48,713 bases of DNA from Hydrurus foetidus. Lineage: Eukaryota. The translations under genes were made by a program, and so were the position numbers. A model generated the notes under the pieces. It searched no databases and was not told the origin of the DNA. It saw nothing but the letters and a program-made list of their open reading frames with translations. The DNA lies in assembly GCA_900617105.1 (NCBI GenBank), contig UYFQ01000547.1, forward strand, positions 1 through 48,713, in the 5' to 3' direction. Positions 36,658 through 48,713 of this stretch are shown here, piece by piece (positions within the stretch are counted from its first letter, which is position 1; the number at the start of each line of letters is the position of its first letter).

Positions 36658-38082
36658 CTCGATTTGTTACAGAAAAGTGATAGAAGAAATGTTCTGAGAC
36701 ATGATGCCTTCGTTGCCGTGATTCTATGTCGTAATCAGACGTAATTCATACCGGAATATTCGACTTGTTCCGGTTATTTATAAGGTGATCTGTTGGCAGA
36801 AGTGATTGGGCCGTGTGGTGGACTTCTCTTTTTTATCTTTTATAGTGTAGGTTAAAAATGATATGAGTGATTTACGTTCACCGTAACATTACGTATATTA
36901 GCCGCATAGAACTGATTTTTATCTCTAAATTTCTTCCATCATACGGTAGGAGTTATTGGATAGTCGCCACTTCAAGCAAACAGCTGCAGGTTTTCTTCCG
37001 GCTAGCATCGGCCGGTTGCGTCTCCGGGAGTATGAGTGAGGAATCAATGAATTCTCAGATATCGAATCCAAATTAGGTGACACGTCCTTATTTGACGTGG
37101 TCTCCGTTTCCCGATGTCTTTCCAAATTTCTTCTCTGGCTAAAAATTCCATAAAAACGATTTTGAATACGGAGAAGTAATTAATTAAAATGAAATAAGTA
37201 AGGGAGGAAAATCGCCTACTTCAGGTACCGAGGAATTGAATTCATGATTGTCTGCGTGTGCTGAAAAAATCAATTCAGGTATTTGGAAAGTGTGAATGCG
37301 TTAGTGAAAAGAAAAGTACAGATTTGAATTATCACATATGAGGATATTCGATATTCCTCCCTTTATTGTGTAAACAGACTCATTATTCACATCCGTGTAA
37401 GCTGGTATGAGGACGCATATCTGGTACTTCATTACCTTAATCTAGTCACGTAATATTACGCTCATCAATTTTGAAATCATGAATGGATTCGATTTTGAAT
37501 ATTTCGACGTATGGATGACTGGGCTTCCATATGTTTCATGCATGTAATTTCAAGTTGAAGAAACGCTATGATCAACAACAGGAAAAAATGTGATGAGGTG
37601 TCGAAAAGGTGTGATGGAGTGTAACCAAAAGCAAAGGACATACAAGAAATGATGATATTTTTGTGGTCGTAAGAAATTGTAGAGTAGATTTACATTTTAG
37701 GTGATATTTTTGTCCGATGAAATCAAATTAAGGTGGTTCATATTGTGTTGTATTGATGTGGAGTTGTAACTGAAGAAGGAAATTACGTTCGTTCACTTTG
37801 CAACTCTTTTACTGCCAGTTGGCTCATTTGTGTTTTATTTTTATTTTTTTACTTTATTTTATGATGTAGTATTACCATTTTTGTTAAATTTTTGAGTAGT
37901 CGATTGTATAGTGATGCTACATAACTTTTATCAGAGATATTGCAATCATTGGAATTATTCAGTTTTAATTTATACTCAATTACATTTTATGCAGATTTGA
38001 TTTTGAATACCTTCATAAGTGAGAATATTGTAATTTGTTACTTTATTCAAGACCCTTGTAATTGTCTGGTAAAATTTGATAG

Positions 38083-40848
38083 TTAAATTAGAATTTCTTT
38101 CTGGGCATTTCCATCCGATTTTGCAGAAGTGATGTTTTCGATACGGGATTCTTCGCTTTCTCTATGGACATCATCTGCCATTTTTTCCGCCAAGACTACA
38201 TCGGTGAATTTTCCCATCTTATTCGAGATTTTGTTCGCGTAAAAACCGTTTCCGTCCTCCTTCTGCAGTTTGTGTATTTTCTTGTCATTTTTCAAATTTC
38301 TATTTCTGCTTTTTTTTATATCCATGATAATTTGTTTTTTCGACATGACGTTCTCGTCATTTCTGTTCTGCGTTTTTATTTTCTTAGGAGTATCGGTGAA
38401 GTTGTCTATACTCATTGCTGAAATTGATTTCGCAACACCAGCCTTCTTGCCATACTTCACGGATTCTTTCATTTTACCGTTTTCAACAGACTTCACGGTT
38501 GCTGATTTGATAGAAACTTTTGCCTCTGCTTTCACTGCTTTAGCTTTTTTCTTCGGAACTGATATCAGCGGTTCTTCTGGTGTTGGACTAAAATATGCGC
38601 GGAAAAAACTTGCTATTGGCAGTTCAGTGTCGATGGTTCCCATGTCTGCATCTTGCGGCTCTTCTTCGTTTTCGCTCATGTAGGATTTTTGCACCTGTAA
38701 TTCTCGTGATTTGTTTTCTTCTACATGTGTCGGTTCCGATTTTGATTCGATTTGACCTTCAGATAATCTGCGAGACGTCGTGAGATAGGAGGAAAGGGAA
38801 GAAGGCAGAAGGGGGGGGAAAAGAAGAAAGCGTGAGCGAAAGGAGGGGGGAGAGGCGAGAGCGGGATCTTGCGTCAAAGGTAGGGTAGAGAGGGATGCGC
38901 TTTGAGTGTTCATTGCTTCTTTATTCTTTGTTAAATCACTCGCACTCTCATTGGTATTTTCTAATTCACCGCTTGAATGATCGTGATTAGGAGGAGAAAG
39001 AGAGGAAGCATCTAAGTCGTTCTGAGAGTTGTAATTGATGACCGTGCCGCGTAAATGCCCACAAGATAATTTTGACGATGATGTAGAAGACAAGTTAGAA
39101 GAGGTAGTGCGAGATGAAGAGGAAGGAGGGGGCAAGAGGGGAGATTGGCCCTTGAAAACTCCGCTTTCAAGATATTCCAGAAATTGGTTCAAATTGATCG
39201 ATCGAGTGATGTGAGAAGAAAAAATATCCGCAGGAGAATGTTCTGCCAAATCTTTTTCCGGAACATTTTCACGAATATTGTGAGGAATTCCCGATTTATT
39301 TGTCACTACTTCACCATTTTCAAATTTGTACATTCCATGGTAATTTCGGCTATTTTCATTTTCAATCAGTCCTAATTTCTCCTGATAATCTTCTAGGTGT
39401 GGAGGAGGGATGATATTTGGCGGAACAATGTAGTAGTCGTCACTCTCTTCTTTTAATTTCTTTTCCCCAGCAGTTGGATCAGTGAATTTATCGTCATCAA
39501 TGTGATTAGAGGACATCTCCGTTTCCGATACAGTTGCCATGTCATTATGAATAGGATTATCATTTGTTTTTGTGTTAAAGACTGCTGGAGTGTTTTTCGT
39601 CTTTGTAATTTGGTTGGTAGTCATATCTCCTGGAATCTTCTCTCTAACAGGAATTTGCATAGGAGGCTCCTTGATCGTATTTGGACTTCCGTTACCGATC
39701 TCATCGCTGCCATAAGGGGTGTATGTATATCCTTCGAATTCTGCGTTGTCTGGATAGTAAGCGTAATGTTCCTTAATAGCAGCGAGATTTACCATTGGTC
39801 CTGTTACGAGACCGTAGTAAGAATCATCAAGCGCTTCTGTTTCGTTGTTCACATGCTTGGATCTTGCCAGACCAGTGGGGTATGGGTTGGCACCTTCCGA
39901 ATCGTCCCCGTTGCGATGATCATCGTCAAGGCTACTTTCCCTCATTGTAGTGTCGTCGATATGAATGATATAACTTCTTCCCAGTAACAGTTCTTCGTCC
40001 TTCTGCATCTCATCGAATGCTTGGGCAATAGCTGCCTTTTGTTCGATGTTCTGTGCGGCAAACTCTTGAGCTGGTACTTTCGCTCTTATTGCTTCTTGTT
40101 GTTTAGCGAATACATCAGCGATGAAAGCCGTATGCGCTGCATGCCTCGCTAGAGCTGAAGCAAATGCAGCTTTGATTTCCCTGACGTGTTCTTCGCTCGC
40201 TAAATCTGGAACTGGCAGCATCAGTACATCCACCTTATTCCGGATCATGTCTTGAAATGCTCCCCCATCAACATCTTCGTCGAGGTCGGCGTAATCGATA
40301 ATCTTAGTAAGGCCCGTTATCTTTGTGTAGTCATCGGCACTGTAGTATGCCTCATCGTCGATTTCAACTTCTGCGGGGGGTAACTGGACTCTGATCGGGT
40401 TCATATCTTTCGTGGCCACTTCATTGAGAGCTTGCTTTGCCTGTTCGGCCACTGTTTGGACTATTTGTCTGCGCTTGATGGGAGTGAGAGACTTGCTGGA
40501 GGAGGAAATGTCGAGTGCGGGAATAGCCGCGGATGCTCGATTGTTGCCAGCACTGTCTCCCACCATGTTGCTCAAGTCATGGGATGTTAGGACGTCGCTA
40601 ACTGAAGCCTTCACTGGATGAAACGGAACTAATTGGTCAGATGGCTTGATTAATGCCTGGGTGGCTACCTTGAATTTGTCATTCACTGGTGAGTCGAAAT
40701 TGTCTGGTGTAGCCCTTAAAAGAATGTTGTGTTGGTCTCCCAATGGAGACAGATGTTTGCTCGCAGAGTCTACTATGTTGGCGCTGTGCTTGTCGTCCTG
40801 TGCTCTCGCGGTGCAGAGGATGCACGAAATTGCAAGTGATTTCCACAT
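38083..40848 (-). CDS. Intronless 921-aa putative secreted, largely disordered protein of unknown function
   Basis: 2.77-kb ORF with an in-frame stop upstream of the ATG. Signal peptide-like MWKSLAISCILCTARA-Q. Acidic N-terminal/central part, Ser/Pro-rich linker, Lys-rich C-terminus. Confidence 0.85.
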   Translation of the reverse strand: MWKSLAISCILCTARAQDDKHSANIVDSASKHLSPLGDQHNILLRATPDNFDSPVNDKFKVATQALIKPSDQLVPFHPVKASVSDVLTSHDLSNMVGDSAGNNRASAAIPALDISSSSKSLTPIKRRQIVQTVAEQAKQALNEVATKDMNPIRVQLPPAEVEIDDEAYYSADDYTKITGLTKIIDYADLDEDVDGGAFQDMIRNKVDVLMLPVPDLASEEHVREIKAAFASALARHAAHTAFIADVFAKQQEAIRAKVPAQEFAAQNIEQKAAIAQAFDEMQKDEELLLGRSYIIHIDDTTMRESSLDDDHRNGDDSEGANPYPTGLARSKHVNNETEALDDSYYGLVTGPMVNLAAIKEHYAYYPDNAEFEGYTYTPYGSDEIGNGSPNTIKEPPMQIPVREKIPGDMTTNQITKTKNTPAVFNTKTNDNPIHNDMATVSETEMSSNHIDDDKFTDPTAGEKKLKEESDDYYIVPPNIIPPPHLEDYQEKLGLIENENSRNYHGMYKFENGEVVTNKSGIPHNIRENVPEKDLAEHSPADIFSSHITRSINLNQFLEYLESGVFKGQSPLLPPPSSSSRTTSSNLSSTSSSKLSCGHLRGTVINYNSQNDLDASSLSPPNHDHSSGELENTNESASDLTKNKEAMNTQSASLSTLPLTQDPALASPPSFRSRFLLFPPLLPSSLSSYLTTSRRLSEGQIESKSEPTHVEENKSRELQVQKSYMSENEEEPQDADMGTIDTELPIASFFRAYFSPTPEEPLISVPKKKAKAVKAEAKVSIKSATVKSVENGKMKESVKYGKKAGVAKSISAMSIDNFTDTPKKIKTQNRNDENVMSKKQIIMDIKKSRNRNLKNDKKIHKLQKEDGNGFYANKISNKMGKFTDVVLAEKMADDVHRESEESRIENITSAKSDGNAQKEILI

Positions 40849-42259
40849 CGTTTTTTCCTATGTTGCTGGGGCAGTGAACGCTGGGGCAGTGGACGCTGGG
40901 GTAGTGGACAATGTGCTTTATGTGGAGGCTATTTATGGTTGGTTTGTGGAGCGTGCCACGTTGAAGAGATACTGCGATTGGAAGTGCGGCAACTCTGCCA
41001 ATACTGGACCTGACTTCCTTTCGTTGACCTGACCCCACGTCCTAGTTGTGACTCCTGTAACAGTAAAAGTAACTGTACTTCTAGCCGAACTGACGCCTTC
41101 AACCAAAATCTATTCTGGTTACAGAAGGAAGGCGTTACCTCACGAAATTAAAAATTCAGTTGAAGAAGATTCAGTTGCATACGTAACCGAAAACGGAACT
41201 GCGAACCCTTGATTCCTGATTATGTGGTGGGAAATGGGAAAGTTGTATAAACCGGACGATACTTCAAGGTGCTACCGCATCATTTCTGGAACACTCAAGA
41301 TTTTATAAAATAACTGTTATGTCAATCAAGCGCTTGTTATCAGAACATGTAGCCGACACCTAATGATGATGCTCGAGTTGAAACGATGCAACAGTCGGAA
41401 GATTAGTACACTGATGAACTCATACATGTTCCCACATTCAAATGTAACGCACGCAATTTCAGGCCTGAAACATCATGCACAAACGTACGCCTGGCAACTG
41501 ATGCCAGCCTTCCATAATAGAGTGCAGGATACGTGCGAGTAAAGTGGCGCTCCAATATCCACCATCTACATCCCAGACTCGAGGGGTGCGCATTACGCTA
41601 TCATGAAAAATAATTTCAAAACACGGAAGTATTTTTAGGTGCAGTAACTCCAGTATCAAGAAAAGATTCTCGAGTGCTGTCATTGTTTCGGTGTACGAAA
41701 AGAATAGTCAGTTTAGAAGTGCCAAAAAAATTAAGTCAGTTGGCATCAACAAACTTCTAACTAGGTTACAACTCACGGCAACGCTATAACCCTTGTACGT
41801 GATCGTTTCTATCATGTATGAAAAAGTTTCAGTTTGGACATCAGAGTTTCATGGCGGAAAATTTCACGTCACTGGGCCATCACGTTTGGGGCTGTCGAGT
41901 AAGAGGCCATCACATTGCCATGAATTGTAGCCTAATATCTACCGTGTGGTACGTGAAATGTGAAACATGCGAACATAAGAGTAAAAGTTCGTGCCGCTCG
42001 TCGCTGACTTTTAAATTGGCTTCTTGAGGAGACGCTTCTCTGTGGGTTCTTGATGTTGCATGATGAGCGAGTATACTCAGCAAATAACGAAGTATGTCGT
42101 CGTTTACTATCAGTACTGTAGGATAATTACTGGGGCTATCAGGAGAGGATCCCTTCAGCCGATCGGGAACAGCTATTTGCATATCTTTGTCAGAGTGAAA
42201 ATAAGGACGGCACGGCGCTCAATTACCATTAGGAGAAGTGGATTGAGTGAAGTTTCAGC

Positions 42260-45200
42260 ATGACAGCTTCTCATCTGCGGCGCTGTTTACTGTGCGTTGC
42301 ATTTCTGGTGCTTAATATCGGTGTTGAGGGTGGAAATAGCAAGCCGCAGTACGTAATAGGAGTTGATTTGGGGACTGAGAGTGCTCGCGTTGGTCTTTTC
42401 TCGATCCAAGGAGACCTCGTAGAAACTGCAGCAGTACCGTATGCGACGACATTTCCTCACGTTGGATGGGCTGAGCAGAATCCTGAAGATTGGTGGACAT
42501 GTCTGGGGGAGGCATGCCGAAAAGTCACCACGGCAGCTTGCGAAACGAAAGGAATAAATCCTTCTGATATTAAAGGGTTATGTGTTGACACCACAGCATG
42601 CAGCGTTGTCATGCTAGATGAAGCGAATCTTCCTATCAGACACTGCTTGTTATGGTGCGATGCAAGAAGCGCTCCACAGTGCGAGGAAATATTCGAGAAG
42701 GCAAGAGGAGATCCAGCTCTGAAGGTAATCAGATCAGTAATCAGAATTGTAATTGAGAATTCGTAGAAGCATTCCTAAGAAAGCATCAAACTTCATCATA
42801 CCAGACACCAGTACATCAAACAGCAATTTATCAAACACTATCTAAAATGATCAATCCCTAGACATCGAATACATCTCAATTGTAAGATGCTAACTAACTT
42901 ACCAACTTACAGGTGAATTGTAATGGAGAAGGACCGCTGAGCGCTGAATGGATGATTCCTAAGGTACAACTAAGACATCATAAAATATCACACATAGAAG
43001 TTATTTTCCTTGTGATATTTGGTGATGTTAGTTACTTAGATTGAATTGGCTTGAGAACGATATGTGCGTACGATAAATGTCAGGAGGTTTTTCCGCGAAT
43101 TTCATTTTATTTTTAATTGGAAAAAATGGGCAAGCTGTTCATAATGATTAAATTTGATGCAGATTTCAGATGTTTTGATAATCGAACATTCCATCAACAC
43201 TCTACATCAGAACACTTAATAGCAGACTATTTTAGAATATCACCGTAAATTAAAATACTCTACTCCACTTTACTATGCAGTACAGTTTAATTTATTTTCA
43301 CTAACGTACCAATGCTTTCTAAACACGTATGCACTTACATCAGTCTTTGTGGCTGAAACAAAACGAACCTGAAAATTGGAGTAGAGCAAAAACCGTATGC
43401 GAAAAACAGGATTTCATCAATTTCCGTCTTTCTGGAAATATGTGTACTAGTAGTACTAATTGTGCAGCAAGATGGCACTGGGACTCAGAACGAGCTTGCA
43501 TGGACTACGATGAAGATAAAGAAGAGAAAAAGGAAAATGAAGCAGGAAATCAGGTAGGAAATGAAGTAGGAGAAGGAGGTGGGGGAGAGAGAGATGGAGG
43601 AGGAGGAGGAGTTAAGGGGAGAAGAAGAAGCAATAGAGAAAGAAGGAGGAAGAAGAGGAGGGGGAGCATGAAGAGATGTTGAAAGTAGAGAGAGTGGCAT
43701 GGTATCATACTGTTTAAGTCGTGCAGTCACTCTTCATTCAAAATCGACCTGTCATGCAGTGAACGATACAGTCCACTATTCTTCAGAAAATAATGTCATT
43801 TCAGAACAATCTCCTCATCTATTTTATGTATCTATCTGTATATCTATCCATCTATCTATCTACCTATCTATGTATCTATCTATCCATCTATCTATCTATC
43901 TACCTATCTATCTATTTATCTATCTATATTTTCTCTCCTATCATGATGAGACAAAAATAATCTGTTCTGTTCTGTTCTGCCTTCTTTTCTTTCACTCTCT
44001 ACACTTAATTCTGCACTTCTTTTCTTCCCTTTTTTTACACTATCTCTGCCTACATGTAACAATATAGGCCAACAAAATACCGGATGAATTAGCGGGAACA
44101 CTCGGTAGGCCCGTCTCGTTACTGTCTAAAATCGGTCTATCAGATTTACTTGAGAAGTGGCCGGGTAGATGTGTACCGATGGGCGGTAAAGTCGGTAAAC
44201 TGACAGAAGGTGAGGAGAGACATAACATTTATTTCGGAGTAATACGGAGGGGGAGAAGAAAGGGTTAGTAATTGATTGATTGGTGGAGGGATTGATAAAT
44301 GAATGATATGGACGAAGTTAATAGTAAGTTCAAGGGGTGAGGAGAGAACAAAGTAAGGAAGGCAATAAGATAATCTGTGATAAATGAATGTTACCGTGTA
44401 CGAAGTTAAAAAGTAAATCAGGAAGGGACGAGGTCAGGACGAGGAGGGGAGGAGGGCAGAAGAGAGGAGAAAAGTGATAGGGGTCGTTTAGAGGGGGCGA
44501 AGGGAGGAAAGAAATCAGAGGGGGGCAGTTGAGCAGTTTCGTGACAGAAGTTTATTTGGGAACAAAATACAGTGTTTTACTAGCAGCAGCAGAATAGAAT
44601 TATGAAGTGGTATACGCATCATGTTAAGTGTTCAAATCCATCTCATTTTAATTTGATGATGTCTTCCCATCCACGTGCACGTGTTTCAATTACATTGAAT
44701 TCGACTGACTTCTCTGATGTATTCGTATGATCCCCGTATAATTTGCACGGTTTGCCCGGCTTGCCCGGCTAAAATTAATCTGAGACACCAGCCTGAATAT
44801 CTTCAACTTTATTTCTTCTCCGATTGAGCTTTTTATTGGTATATTTTTTATCTTCCATTCTTTCTTTTTTTCTTTCTTTCTTTCCTTCTTTCTCACTTAC
44901 TTGCTAACTTACTTGGTAACTTACTTACTCACTTAATTTTTCTCTTTTCCTCACTATTCCCTCACCACTTGCTTTCTCCTTATTCACGTTAGCTGCTGCG
45001 CTTCACTTAGGACTGCCTGCTGGGATTCCAATTACTCAGGTTTACTTTTTATCACCTGCTTCTCATGTATTTGGAAATCTTATTTTAGTGCAATTATGTA
45101 CGTTATATCACATAATAATGTGACGATATGTGGTATGTTACATTATAATGTTGTACTATAGTTGATGTCACGTACATTCTGCTATTCGTACATTATACAT

Positions 45201-46270
45201 GATATGAGGTTTGTGCTACGAAATAAGTTACGCACGACCGTTAGTTGTGTCACAGTATGTATTGTATGCGTGACAAGTTTAGTTCAATGTGTTACCTTGT
45301 ATATGTAGCATAAACATTAATAATACTCATCTGCCCATAGAATCTGCAATCATCAAACAATCCTAATCAGCATCTAATCTCATTCCGTGTCAGCGTCCAT
45401 GTTCTACTGCATATACATTTCTCATATTACATTCTCACCCCGGCCCATTCCGTTCCGTCCACCCCCCTTTTACCCCTCTTTCTATTTTTCCCTCCCTCTT
45501 CTCTTTCCCCAACTCTTTCCCTTCTCTTCCCCATATTCTTCCCCCTTCCCTTCCTCCTTTTCTTCTTTTCCCCTCCCTCTTCTCTTCCCCCTTCCCTTCC
45601 TCCTTTTCTTCTTTTCCCCTCCCTCTTCTCTTCCCCTTTCTACCCTCTATCCCTTTAGGGTGGACCTGACTCCTATGTGGGTATGATCGGATCAGGTGAG
45701 ATTAATAGTAATTGTTGAATTATTGAGCAGCTAAAAGATGAAATAGCAGCAAATTTGGATCAGGATTTTGAATCAAATATGTACACATAGAGGTCCATTT
45801 TAATTTCATCCCTTGAACGCAATTTTACATGATATCTTGTTAGCCTCTCTCATTTAACAACATCCTCTAGCGGTAGATGGTATGATAAGTATTTTCTATT
45901 TTCTAATAAACTACATCACTACCTCCTTCAAATTGTCAACACGTACATTACGGGAGCAGAATAAAATGGTTTCTGTTCAGTATGAGGCCCCATACTAAAC
46001 AGGAACCATTTTATTCTGCTCTGGTAGTACGTATGTATGTATATCTATTTATTCATCAATGTATCAGCTGATGAAACCGTCTATTTATCCTGCAAGGCTT
46101 CTATCTCATGTTTTTCTAATGCAAGTGCGATGACCCTCTGCATCACATACAGAATCCAATGTCGTTTAATGTACACATGGCGTGATAAGTACTTAAAAAT
46201 AAATTATGTATCTGAATATACATGTATCTATTTATATATTCAGATATGTATATACCTGTAAACCTATGTG

Positions 46271-46329
<59 letters not shown>

Positions 46330-46352
46330 GTATATACCTGTAAACCTATGTG

Positions 46353-46389
<37 letters not shown>

Positions 46390-46586
46390 GTGTATCTATT
46401 TATCTATCTATCTGTGTATCTATTTATCTATCTATCTATCTGTGTATCTATCTATCTATCTATGTACCTATCTATCAATCTATGTATCTATCTATCTATC
46501 TATCTATCTGTGTCTATTTATCTATCTATCTGTGTATCTATTTATGTATCTATCTATTTATCATTCTATCTATCTATCTATCTGTG

Positions 46587-46623
<37 letters not shown>

Positions 46624-47321
46624 GTGCATCTCTGTGTCCATTCATTTATTTACTTATTTGAGTATCTACCCTAACATCTATCTATCTATGTACAAATAAT
46701 CCTATTTTTCTATGTCCCCACAAACAGGTGCTATTTCCCCTGGTCAGTTGGTGCTCATTACCGGTTCCTCTCACCTTCAGCTGTCTGTGTGCGGAACAGA
46801 CGCACACACAGCACCGGGAGTGTGGGTAAGTACAGCGCATACTGTACGTGCACATAATACTTTTCTCCATTATTTTTAGAGCTTTTTATCCGTTGATTTT
46901 CGATTAATTATTTGCACTGAATTACAGTGTACACTTTGGTGTTTCCTTCTTTTACTATTTTTTTTTAATTCGTATATAATGTAATCAATTTCTATCTGTT
47001 GAATTATTCAATTACGTTTATTTATTTATCCATTTATTTCTACATAAATGTTCGTTTATTTCTGTACCTTTTTATTTATCCTATTTCTGTAAACACTGTT
47101 ACTTATTCATGTATTTTTATTTTTTTTAAATTTATTCAACTGTTTCTTTCTGTTCGTTTATTCATGTACATATTTTTACTTTTTTATTTATGTATACAGT
47201 TTTATTTATTCAAGCATTTTTTCATTCATTCATCTATTTATTTATTCATTTATTTATTTATTTTTTATTTATTTTTGTTTTATTTATTTATTTATTTATT
47301 TTTTATTTATTTTTGTTTTCT

Positions 47322-47380
<59 letters not shown>

Positions 47381-48713
47381 TTACTTCATTTTTGGATCAG
47401 TAGGTACTTTTCTCATTACCACCTATCTTCAATAAATACCAATATAAGGGTCCGTATAACGGCGCCCCTTTACTCAGTATCCGGTTTGCAGAGGGCGGTC
47501 AGAGTAGCACGGGCAGTGTTTTGTCTTGGATGAGACGAATGCTAAATAGCGTTAACATAGGTAAAATTAGTGATGCTATCAAACTAAACAACATTAATAT
47601 AGATGATTTCGATAAGGTGATTTCGATAAACAGTAAGTAGTGTTAATTTTTTAATGCTTCCTGGAATTAAATTATTATATACGCAAAATAGCCTTGATGT
47701 AGGCATGGTATATTACAGTATTGTGTTGGATAATGTTAAAATGGATACTGCACTCAAATTTTTATGATAAGTAAGGTTGATGCAAGTATAATATTTGCTT
47801 ATTTGTGTAGAAATAGGTGATGATATACATTATTGTTGTGTTGTTGGTGAAATATACGCTAAGAGGGATGTTATTTTGTTACGAAATAGTGTTATTATGA
47901 ATGTTATATACGCTAAATAGTGATAATGTAGGTAAAATAATGTTGTATTGATTGGAGTTGATGTTGGTATGATGTGAAACTATTTGATGCCGAATAGCAT
48001 TAACTTGGATATAAATGTTATAGAAGAATCGCATTTAGTATTTCTGTATCATAAAGTAGTTGCACTCCAAACCTGAGTGTCAAAACTAACGTAATTTAAC
48101 ATTTCACGATTCACTCGTGACACATTACATGGAAATAAAGTGTAGCGACCTGAAGTATTCGTCAATAATTAAAATTATTTGAATTATCATTGATCTTCTT
48201 ACAATGCATAAAAAAAATCAAGCGGCATGACTTCATTTTCAATTTCATTATCAAAGCGATTGAATAATAGTAACACAAAACACGGCTAATTTACTGTAGG
48301 AAAAGAAATGGTCGAAGATGCAACATACGTACAGTTGGACAAGGAAGCTGCACAAATCCCTTTGGGGTCTGGTGGACTGATAGCCATAGAAACATTTCAA
48401 GGAAGCCGCACACCCGGTATGATGCGGCCAATAGTATACATTCCAAGCGACATCTTTTCTTATCTGAATATTCTACATCCCATATTTTACAATGTCACTT
48501 ATGATTCCCACATTCTGTAAAGGAAAGTTATTTGTAAATTTATCTATTCATGTACATGTTTATTTATTTATTTATTTACTTTTATTTTTTGTTTTTTATT
48601 CATTTATTTATTATCTATTTGTGCATTAATTTATCATTTATTTTTTTCTTTTATATTTATTCATTGTTTTTTACTTATCTATAAAGCTATTTATTTATTT
48701 GTTTATTTACTTA
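42260..48713 (+). CDS. FGGY-family carbohydrate kinase (ribulokinase/xylulokinase-like), 3'-truncated by the window
   Basis: Exons 42260-42724, 42913-42963, 43344-43553, 44068-44209, 44993-45039, 45659-45695, 46728-46825, 47449-47560, 48300-48416. Motifs IGVDLGTESAR, GWAEQNPEDWW, VDTTACS, LLWCDARS, SAEWMIPK, GGPD, ITGSS, EGGQSSTG, FQGSRTP. Confidence 0.95.
45951..46024. mobile_element. 74-bp hairpin flanked by TA on both sides (Tc1/mariner-type mini-MITE), intronic
   Basis: TA|CGGGAGCAGAATAAAATGGTTTCTGTTCAGTATG-aggccc-CATACTAAACAGGAACCATTTTATTCTGCTCTGG|TA. Confidence 0.65.
46268..46690. repeat. (TATC)n microsatellite, intronic
   Basis: Direct reading. Source of the YLSI ORFs. Confidence 0.95.
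47225..47385. repeat. (TTTA)n microsatellite, intronic
   Basis: Direct reading. Confidence 0.95.

Noticed and set aside
36867..37140. Short ORFs with a possible minus-strand acceptor
   Set aside because: No recognisable motif and no convincing upstream exon.
40862..40905. Three 14-bp direct repeats (GCTGGGGCAGTGRAC-like) just upstream of the 921-aa ORF
   Set aside because: Short minisatellite in the presumed 5' UTR with no evidence of function.
41459..42263. Short ORFs between the secreted protein and the kinase
   Set aside because: No motifs or coherent splice model were found, although a small gene cannot be excluded.
46222..47435. YLSI/FIYL-repeat ORFs (also 13829-14335)
   Set aside because: These are TATC and TTTA microsatellites inside introns.

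Overview
This is intron-rich eukaryotic nuclear DNA in the standard code with GT-AG introns. It comes from a photosynthetic ochrophyte, as shown by bipartite ASAFAP-type plastid presequences and a nuclear psbW; a chrysophyte is my guess from gene style and is unproven. From left to right the window holds: the 3' end of a chromodomain-bearing Ty3/Gypsy LTR retrotransposon; a 770-bp non-autonomous TIR DNA transposon; a ~24-exon plasmepsin V/ASP5-like aspartic protease with TSP1-like repeats and a TM helix; a membrane-anchored TPR protein; psbW; a hotdog thioesterase; plastid Obg/CgtA GTPase; a 400-bp (TCTCTTC)n tract; an intronless F-box-like/LRR gene; a minimal Qc-SNARE; an SLC35B3-like transporter; two foldback (MITE-like) hairpins; an intronless 921-aa secreted orphan with RxL and Lys-rich motifs; and an FGGY sugar kinase with a signal peptide, truncated by the window end. 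Most ORFs in the supplied track are microsatellite or antisense artefacts. All gene models were spliced by hand and no database searches were run.
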